A DNA stretch of 63,646 bases, the filler included, from Octopus bimaculoides (Eukaryota): assembly GCF_001194135.2 (NCBI RefSeq). It is 5 parts of 5 records of this genome, joined end to end, with 100 filler letters (N's around TTAATTAATTAA, not from the genome) between each part and the next. Parts side by side here need not be neighbours in the genome. Positions count along the whole stretch, not along the records: positions 46,833 to 59,538 come from NC_068983.1; positions 59,639 to 62,161 come from NC_068994.1; positions 62,262 to 63,646 come from NW_026389628.1; 2 more parts are not named here. One strand, given 5' to 3'. The notes under the pieces were generated by a model. That model ran no database searches and had not been told where the DNA came from. It saw nothing but the letters and a program-made list of their open reading frames with translations. Positions 53,551-63,646 of this stretch are shown here, piece after piece. The first letter of the stretch is position 1, and each line of letters opens with the position of its first letter. The position numbers were made by a program, and so were the translations under genes.

Positions 53551-54527
53551 TACATACAAACAAAAAGCATTGCGTCTAACAAAAGACATAATCTCTTCTT
53601 TCGTGCGAAAGTTAATCAGGAGGGTGAAAGAAGGGTATACGAAAGTGCGAGGTGCTACAAAGGATGGTGATGATGAAACGGTTGAAGATGCCGCTTGCAG
53701 TGGTGCCAAAAAGCGCAATAAAACCAAGATAATTTCTCTAGAAACTCAGAAATATCAGGGAAGAGGTAGTGGAGGCATAGATGGGAAATAAATACTATGT
53801 ACATTAACACACCCCAGTACACACACACATCTCTGTCTGCATGCCTGTCTCTCTGTACGTACGTATGTATATATGTATGTGTGTATGTATGCATGTATGA
53901 ATGAATAAATGTTGTCTCGCTTTTTTAACTACGAATAAATTTTTAACGTCCACTTGATTGGTAGCAAGGTTGTCTTTTTCTGCTGTAGGTATTTGGTAGA
54001 CATCTCTTGTTTCTGAATTGCATGTAGGTACCCTTTGAAGATGGATGTCTTAAACATGTTAGTATTCCATACTATGCATTTTTCATGATGAATTCCTTCT
54101 ACGGTTTGCGTTTTTTATAACAAGTACCTACGTACTAATCTTCTCAGTGAAATGGTCCGTTTCCATATTTTGTTCTTTTTAGAAACAAATCTATGTATGT
54201 ATTATATGCATACATACACCAATGCATATCTATATATAGGTACATATAGGACTAAGTGAAACGATATTTATACGCACTCATACACACGTACACACACACA
54301 CAGCACACAAATAAATAAACCTATTTGCAGGCGCAAGTAAACATGAACAAATACATACATAAAACAATAAGAAACTGTGCATAAGTTTAGGCTTTAAAAA
54401 CGAATAGATAAATATTTTGTAATAAACAGGAGAAATAAACTAAATGCAAGTAAAATAAATGAATAAAAATAAGCATGGGTTACTATATACATTTACGCAT
54501 TTATGCACACATATAAATGCGTAAGCA

Positions 54528-54561
<34 letters not shown>

Positions 54562-55465
54562 NNNNNNNNNNATATATATATATATATATATATATACGTA
54601 TATATAAGCAAAGACGCGCTCACACACACACTCAAATACACACACGCATATATACTTCTTTGTACATAGACATAGATATGCTTACACAGATGTGTGTGTG
54701 TGTGTGTGTGTGTGTTAAGGAATAACTGGCAGTAGATATATGAATCCAGATATACAGACAGGCTTATATACGTATACAACAATATGACGTGCTTTATATG
54801 CACGACAAATAAGGAATATTAGAATTCTATATAGTTTACTGCATTAAACTGCTAAAATCATATGTATGATTGCATAAGCGAGCGTGTACATTGTTACATC
54901 TGCTGCGAATATAGGCAATAATATCTGAAGAGAGCGAAATATATTAGAAGTAATAAAACGAAGCGTCATCAATGATATACTCATTGCTACAGCTGCTTCA
55001 GTAATTCTTGCAGCACAGAAATTTAGATAGAATAAGAAACGTATTTTCATGGTATAATTTCCATATAAATTATAACGAATGTTTCTCTAAGGATATTGTT
55101 CTGTGCAGAAATGATTAACGATTATTACCTAATAGGATGTTGTAAGAATGATTGAAAGAGCAGTAAAAATGAATATATTGAGATGCAACTAATACTGCTT
55201 AATGTTAAGCTCGGCGGGATTTGAGCTAAGAACACAAAGATCCCGAACAAATATTGGAAATCATAAGCGGCGAAACAGTAAAAATTTACATGACATTTCT
55301 GAAGCTCAATATGTGGTTTTCTATTTTCCCATCTATATTTCAGCTATGGAGTTTGGTATCTTTGTTAAAAACGAGCCCGTTCATTACATGAAGATAATAA
55401 ATAATTAAAAATGGATGAGAAACTGCATACGTATATGTATGTGTGCGTGTGTTTGTGTGTGCGTA

Positions 55466-55514
<49 letters not shown>

Positions 55515-56344
55515 TTGTGTGTGNNNNNNNNNNNNNNNNNNNNNNNNNNNNNNNNNNNNNNNNNNNNNNNGGGGGGGGGGGGCGTATGCATGTGTGTGTG
55601 TGTGTAAAGTACCAATCTAGTTTAGTTTATTACAATTCGGTTACAGAAAATAAAACTGTTGGCGATACATCGTGATATTTTCATTGTTTTGATTTCATTT
55701 GCTATTTCAGTTGTTTCTATTCTAAAACAATGAAAAAAATATGGCCAGAAAGAACAACATCAAAAGTAGAGACAGCCTCAGTATCAACAATGAACACAGG
55801 AAGAACCACTAGCTCGACAACGATGAGAACAAGAAAAATAGTTATAAGAGTAGTAAAACTATTTTCCAAAATTTATGCGAATTCAGTTATAAACTTAAGC
55901 TAAAAAGGGAATTTTAATAAAAATGGCAAAACTGGAAACTAAGTATAAGCATTTGCCTAAATGCATTCTGCGTTAACAATACGTTTGCGAAGACGTTGAA
56001 AGGCAGTGTAAACTATGTAATTAAGGATGTGTGAGAAACTAATGATACAACGCTACTTATACATATAAAACTCATGCTTGGACAACATATCAACACGTCT
56101 AATGGGTTCATGTATGTATACATGCATGAATTTATAAGTAGAAATGCACTCACAAAAATACATAAATGCACATATATGTGTTTTTATGTATGTATGTATA
56201 TAGAAATATACATATATATACACATATATGCATACATATGTATCTGTGTATATACACGTGTGTGTATGAGTGCATGTAGGTTTCCATATTTGACTGAGTA
56301 CTCTAATCGTAGTAATCAGACATACGAATGCATACAGCTTACAC

Positions 56345-56386
<42 letters not shown>

Positions 56387-57038
56387 GTACATACATATGA
56401 TATATATATGGGTGTGTGGTTGGGTGTGCTTATACATATATATGTGTTTATATATATGCTTANNNNNNNNNNNNNNNNNNNNNNNNNNNNNNNNNNNNNN
56501 NNNNNNNNNNNNNNNNNNNNNNNNNNNNNNNNNNNNNNNNNNNNNNNNNNNNNNNNNNNNNNNNNNNNNNNNNNNNNNNNNNNNNNNNNNNNNNNNNNNN
56601 NNNNNNNNNNNNNNNNNNNNNNNNNNNNNNNNNNNNNNNNNNNNNNNNNNNNNNNNNNNNNNNNNNNNNNNNNNNNNNNNNNNNNNNNNNNNNNNNNNNN
56701 NNNNNNNNNNNNNNNNNNNNNNNNNNNNNNNNNNNNNNNNNNNNNNNNNNNNNNNNNNNNNNNNNNNNNNNNNNNNNNNNNNNNNNNNNNNNNNNNNNNN
56801 NNNNNNNNNNNNNNNNNNNNNNNNNNNNNNNNNNNNNNNNNNNNNNNNNNNNNNNNNNNNNNNNNNNNNNNNNNNNNNNNNNNNNNNNNNNNNNNNNNNN
56901 NNNNNNNNNNNNNNNNNNNNNNNNNNNNNNNNNNNNNNNNNNNNNNNNNNNNNNNNNNNNNNNNNNNNNNNNNNNNNNNNNNNNNNNNNNNNNNNNNNNN
57001 NNNNNNNNNNNNNNNNNNNNNNNNNNNNNNNNNNNNNN

Positions 57039-57080
<42 letters not shown>

Positions 57081-57509
57081 GCTTATGTGTCTCTATAATT
57101 TGCAATGTTTGTAGATACAAATACGCGAATATGTCACTACCACACACACACAAACATATGTCTATATAAGCAATTAATTCACGTATACTTAGCCATTCTG
57201 CCTTTAAAGTATCAAAAAATTGCATGCTAACTATATACCAACCTACAATGAAGTATTACAGCTCCAGAAAATAACGATTAACTCATTGTAATCAAGAAGT
57301 GTTGACGTGTGCAAAGCTGATCAATTGAAAATTATGCAAGATTGAAGTAACTATCACCCCTGGTGCTCCCTCTCTAACCAATGACGTCGTTTTCACTGCT
57401 ATCACAGTAATTTCTGTTTTTTATGAATTATATTTTATAAACATATTTATTTTGCCGTATAATATTTTCTTACTTTAACGCTATTTTAAATGTTTTATCG
57501 ACATTGTCA

Positions 57510-57538
57510 TTAATTATTTATTATAATTATTATTATTG

Positions 57539-57617
<79 letters not shown>

Positions 57618-57640
57618 CATTATTATTGCTATTATTATTT
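57510..57640. repeat. (TTA)n microsatellite
   Basis: Tandem TTA. Confidence 0.95.
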
Positions 57641-57838
57641 TTAGTGTGTCTTTTCTTAAATTAATATTCGTGTTTGATTTCTTTTGGTGTATTTCTTGAA
57701 TCATAATCTTTCTTAATTTTCTCAAATTATTCATTATTACTTTCGTTATCTCCAGTAGATTTTATAATCCCCCCTCACACTGACATACATACATACATAC
57801 ACGCATATACACACATAAACGCAAGCATACAAGCAAAT

Positions 57839-57873
<35 letters not shown>

Positions 57874-58303
57874 NNNNNNNNNNNNNNNNNNNNNNNNNNN
57901 NNNNNNNNNNNNNNNNNNNNNNNNNNNNNNNNNNNNNNNNNNNNNNNNNNNNNNNNNNNNNNNNNNNNNNNNNNNNNNNNNNNNNNNNNNNNNNNNNNNN
58001 NNNNNNNNNNNNNNNNNNNNNNNNNNNNNNNNNNNNNNNNNNNNNNNNNNNNNNNNNNNNNNNNNNNNNNNNNNNNNNNNNNNNNNNNNNNNNNNNNNNN
58101 NNNNNNNNNNNNNNNNNNNNNNNNNNNNNNNNNNNNNNNNNNNNNNNNNNNNNNNNNNNNNNNNNNNNNNNNNNNNNNNNNNNNNNNNNNNNNNNNNNNN
58201 NNNNNNNNNNNNNNNNNNNNNNNNNNNNNNNNNNNNNNNNNNNNNNNNNNNNNNNNNNNNNNNNNNNNNNNNNNNNNNNNNNNNNNNNNNNNNNNNNNNN
58301 NNN

Positions 58304-58345
<42 letters not shown>

Positions 58346-59410
58346 TATAGACATCCATACGTACAGTCATATATTTCGTATATCAATGTTTTTGGATTTA
58401 CGTGTTTGTATGTACCTACAGACGACAGAGAAACCGACACAGACAAACACAGACATATACATATATACATGCAAACATACACACACACACACACGTTAAG
58501 CATTCATGATTCTCTTTATTATGATTTCTTAATTGTTGATATCTTTTTTGTTATTTTTCTTTCTTTCATTTTTATTTGTCTTTTTGTTTCGCATCATCAA
58601 TTTTCCTCTCCTGCACTAAACGAAATAAATGTAATTGAAAAATTCTTGCAGTAGATTTCATAGTAAATTATTTTCACTACATCTGTTCTTTTACATTCAG
58701 TTGCATCTAATTCACTTGTATATTTTTGTCTTATTTCTACTTTATCCTTTTCATTTTCTTATATATTAGTTTTCTATTTAGTTCCTCTTCTTGCTATTTA
58801 TATATTTATCCTTTAAATATATTTATTTTTCATTAATTTTCTTCGTGTTGATTATTTCCCTGATTACTTATTACTACTGTTTTTATACCGATTTTAATTT
58901 ATATTTTATTTACATTTTTGCATGAGATGCAAACAACTTTTTATATTTAGTACCTTATTTTCTTTTTTGTTATTTTGCGCCACCTTTCACCAACATTTAA
59001 AAACGCAGCGGCCATGATTTTCTATGTATCCACATATATCTTCTGTTGCCACCATTTTCTTAACTCCTTACTTCTTGTCATAAACTGTCCCGTCTTTTTC
59101 TTGTTAATTTTCTCTCTTCCTCATTCTATTCCTACTTCTATTTTTCTTTTAGTTCTACTTTATCTTCTGTTCTCCCTCCTCCGCTTCCTCCTCCTCCTCC
59201 TTTCGCCCACTTCTTTCCCTTTCTTCTTGTGACAAATGGAAGGATAATCATTACTATAGCCGTAAGAGGAATATTAGTAGTACTAGTAGTAATAGCAGCA
59301 GCAGTAGTAACATTAATAGTAGTATTAGTAGTAGTAGCAGTATTGTAATTAATAGGTTGGTTGCGATAGTATACATACACACAGACTGAAACACATACAC
59401 ACGCTATCAC

Positions 59411-59445
<35 letters not shown>

Positions 59446-59638
59446 CACAAACACAAATATATGCATGATGCATATATTTATATATGCAAATTTATGTACA
59501 TATGCATGTGTATATGTAAATATATATATATATATATANNNNNNNNNNNNNNNNNNNNNNNNNNNNNNNNNNNNNNNNNNNNTTAATTAATTAANNNNNN
59601 NNNNNNNNNNNNNNNNNNNNNNNNNNNNNNNNNNNNNN

Positions 59639-59676
<38 letters not shown>

Positions 59677-60381
59677 CGTATATGTAAAATTTTAAGTAAG
59701 AAACAGTTCTAAAAACGTAAACTTTATTGATGTCACTTATTTAATGTTCGTGTTTTGCTTAAGCTCTTTAATGTGCTGAAGCATTTCATCAAGTCAAAGT
59801 TCCTTTATGATATAGAGTTAAAAAGAAACACTGTATACCTCAGAACCCAGAGAAACCAGTTGCCTTCTGGATAAATAAGAACAGTAGACATTGAGATTTC
59901 GCTGTTATTTCAACGATTTGCATTCGTTTCGAAGGTGATTCGAATGTACGGTTGGTGTAAAGTAAGTCTATTTCACATCGTTCAATTAACTAATGACCTA
60001 GAAAACTTATTTTTAAAATAAGTCAGAGTTTCTTTTTCTCCTCAGCACGTTTTCAAATTTGTGGCAGTGGAGTCAAACAGCTTTATTACTTCACTACTGA
60101 TAGTTTTATTGTAAGTATTGGAAAGAAACATTGGCGTAAGCTACTAGCATATAGAGAATAAACGACTCAAAGACTAGCTTTAAAACTTGTAAAAGCAATA
60201 CTATTAAAACCACATTTTTCTCACGTTATTAAAATGTGCCAAGAGAGAATTCCAATATTCGGAAGCAATAAAGTTTATGCTTTGAATGGAACAATTATAT
60301 ACCTGACGTCAAACATATCAAGTTACTTATTATGAGGCAGATATATTTCGGAAATAAATAGTATTAGAATTTTAATTAATG

Positions 60382-60433
<52 letters not shown>

Positions 60434-60896
60434 TATTTATATGTTTATTTATTTATGCATTTATGAGTGTGTAAGTGAGAGTATGTACGAGGGGTAGTGT
60501 GTACTGTGTGACTGTATATCTTTCTATACATGTGTGGCTATGTATCAATCTATACACGCATACATGTATGTATGTATATATGTGTGTATGTATGTGCGTG
60601 AATATGTGCATATATGTACGTATGTATAAGAGAGCATGTATGTATGAATGGGTGTGTGTTTGTGTCTGTGTATCTATGTATAAGTCTGTGTATGTAGATA
60701 TATCTGAAAGTTGCTCTCCTCTATTTGTTAATAAATGAACAATAATGAATCATTTTTCAATTGAGATTATGTACATATATATATATATGCATGTTTGTAC
60801 GTATATACACATGGATACATACATATAGATATGTATATTACGTATATGTTTCAAGATATATATGTTTATGCGAGTTTGTGTGTGTGTGTGTATATG

Positions 60897-60932
<36 letters not shown>

Positions 60933-62086
60933 NNNNNNNNNNNNNNNNNNNNNNNNNNNNNNNNNNNNNNNNNNNNNNNNNNNNNNNNNNNNNNNNNNNN
61001 NNNNNNNNNNNNNNNNNNNNNNNNNNNNNNNNNNNNNNNNNNNNNNNNNNNNNNNNNNNNNNNNNNNNNNNNNNNNNNNNNNNNNNNNNNNNNNNNNNNN
61101 NNNNNNNNNNNNNNNNNNNNNNNNNNNNNNNNNNNNNNNNNNNNNNNNNNNNNNNNNNNNNNNNNNNNNNNNNNNNNNNNNNNNNNNNNNNNNNNNNNNN
61201 NNNNNNNNNNNNNNNNNNNNNNNNNNNNNNNNNNNNNNNNNNNNNNNNNNNNNNNNNNNNNNNNNNNNNNNNNNNNNNNNNNNNNNNNNNNNNNNNNNNN
61301 NNNNNNNNNNNNNNNNNNNNNNNNNNNNNNNNNNNNNNNNNNNNNNNNNNNNNNNNNNNNNNNNNNNNNNNNNNNNNNNNNNNNNNNNNNNNNNNNNNNN
61401 NNNNNNNNNNNNNNNNNNNNNNNNNNNNTATTCACAGTAATCATATCAAAATCCCAATATAAAATTGATCGATAACATAAGCCAAAACAATAAACAATAA
61501 TTTGAAACCTTAAAAGTCAAAACTCAAAGCGAATAATCCATCATAAACGGAGAATATTTGTGAAAATTCAAATGTTAGCCAACAACAATTTATATCGAGA
61601 ATAATAATTTCCCTTTCTCGCTAAGAATCTTCTATGTTTCTGTCCTGTAGTGAAGTGCAATAAAGTTAAATGGATATCCTTCAAACTGCTTGTAATTATG
61701 GGAGACTCGGTTTGGAAAACATTTCTTCGATTACCCTCCAAGTGAAATGGTCTGAAATGGACGAGAGTGTGTAGATAATTTGTATGTGTGCGTCTCCCTG
61801 TATGTTATTTTGTGACTTCATGGATATATCTAAGCTTTTTGAAAGGTGCATTTTTGTATATATGTAAATATGTTTATGTATAGATACATACATGCATACA
61901 TACATACATAACATACATACATGCATGCATGCATACATACGCACGTACGTACATGCATATATATATACATAGAAACATAGATCAATAGATAGGTAGATAC
62001 ATACGTACATACATACATATATACATAGAAAGATAGATAAATAGATATGCGTACATATATACATACATACAGTGATAGAGAGGCTG

Positions 62087-62161
<75 letters not shown>

Positions 62162-62261
62162 NNNNNNNNNNNNNNNNNNNNNNNNNNNNNNNNNNNNNNN
62201 NNNNNTTAATTAATTAANNNNNNNNNNNNNNNNNNNNNNNNNNNNNNNNNNNNNNNNNNNN

Positions 62262-62278
62262 AAAGTCAAACATAAAAT
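62262..62278 (+). mobile_element. Extreme 3' terminus of Dong-type subfamily A
   Basis: aaagtcaaacataaaa followed by (TAA)n matches the terminus at 19702-19716(-); short and next to a join. Confidence 0.5.
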
Positions 62279-62435
62279 AATAATAATAATAATAATGATA
62301 ATAATAATATAAACAATCGGAGAGACCACTTAGTGGATTCCTTGTATGTTAAAAATAGACGTCAAACCGTCTTACCACGAAATCTGTTCTCAAATTAGAA
62401 AGACAAATGAAAAGAAATAAACATAGCATTTAATT

Positions 62436-62520
62436 CAGATGGGTAGTCATGACGGGTATCGCGGGCTTCGTACATTTTACCCGGGTGTCATTTTGATGGC
62501 AGACACTGCTCTCTCACTCA
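62436..62520 (+). mobile_element. Element D 3' end followed by (TAA)n
   Basis: cagatgggtagtcatgacgggtatc...gtgtcattttgatggcagacactgctctctcactca matches the reverse complement of 20518-20600 and 22184-22270. Confidence 0.85.
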
Positions 62521-62701
62521 ATAATAATAATAATAATAATAATGATAATAATAATATTATTATTATTTTTCGAACCAGTGGAAGACACGCGAGATGTCGA
62601 AATATTGTTCCCAAGATAACAAATGGCACTCTTCTTTTAATTTTGACTCTATATGGTGGGAGGAGTTACCTCAATCCTTTCTATATTAATAATAATAATA
62701 A

Positions 62702-62921
62702 TAATGGTTTCAAATTTTGCCACAAGATCAGCAATTTTGGGGGAGGCGATGAGTCGATTATATCGACCGCAGTATTCCAATGGTACTTAATTTATCGAGC
62801 CCCGAAAGGATGAAAGGCAAGGTTGACCTCGGCAGAATTTGAACTTAGAACATAGTGATGGATGAAATACCGCTAAGCATTTCGTCCAGCGCGCTAACGA
62901 TTCTGCCAGCTCGCCGCCTTA
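62702..62921 (-). mobile_element. SINE family A full-length copy between TAA tracts
   Basis: Minus strand taaggcggcgagctggcagaatcgttagcgcgc...gaggtcaaccttgcctttcatcctttcggggctcgataaattaagtacc...ccaaaattgctgatcttgtggcaaaatttgaaacc. Confidence 0.92.
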
Positions 62922-63117
<196 letters not shown>

Positions 63118-63281
63118 TGAGCGACAGAACAAAAAGGTAAAGCAATGAAATTCTTGCTGAGTTTATGATTTAGACAACAGCTAAAGATTTACCAATTAAT
63201 TTTATGCCACTCTTTGAAAGCCTTGAACCAATCTGACAAATCTCGAAGACGTTGTTGGTGTTGTTACTGTTATTGCTATTT

Positions 63282-63316
<35 letters not shown>

Positions 63317-63415
63317 GCTGTTGTTATTGTATAACATCAAATGCTTATCGTAAAGACCTGCTATCAAAGAGATCACGCGATCACTACTGCTGCTGCTGTT
63401 GCTGCTGAAGAAGAA

Positions 63416-63423
63416 ATGATGAC

Positions 63424-63479
<56 letters not shown>

Positions 63480-63505
63480 CGACGATGATGATGATGATGT
63501 TGATA

Positions 63506-63550
<45 letters not shown>

Positions 63551-63630
63551 CTGGTGATGATGATGATGATGATGATGATCATGTTGATGATGCTGGTGAT
63601 GATGATGATGATGATGGTGATGATCATAAT
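63416..63630. repeat. Long (GAT)n microsatellite
   Basis: Tandem GAT with few interruptions. Confidence 0.95.
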
Positions 63631-63646
63631 GATGATATTTCTGAAG

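Overview
AT-rich, microsatellite-saturated eukaryotic genomic DNA with many N-gaps. It is most likely an Octopus (coleoid cephalopod) scaffold, inferred from tRNA-derived SINE families I recall from octopus genomes; this was not confirmed by a search. Only one host coding segment is supported: the first coding exon of a two-pore-domain (K2P, TWK/KCNK-like) potassium channel at 17802-18234 (+). It ends in a GT donor inside the TTIG|YG selectivity filter. No second exon is visible in the remaining ~45 kb. The rest is decayed mobile DNA: three RTE LINE remnants, two R4/Dong-type 3' ends and an unclassified ~555-bp element that sit in (TAA)n tracts, an L1/Tx1 RT fragment, probable Penelope-like remnants, a DD41D (rosa-type) Tc1/mariner, a hAT-Charlie-like end, and three SINE families. 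The most notable observations are: an RTE ending in three tandem C2H2 fingers; a strand-polarised array of (TAA)n-targeted retroelements with a candidate non-autonomous partner; a perfect inverted local duplication flanked by a 14-bp direct repeat; and a degenerate hammerhead-ribozyme-like fold with a very long stem II. Almost all ORFs in the supplied track are microsatellite, gap or antisense-TE artefacts. All family assignments come from manual motif recognition, and element boundaries are approximate.
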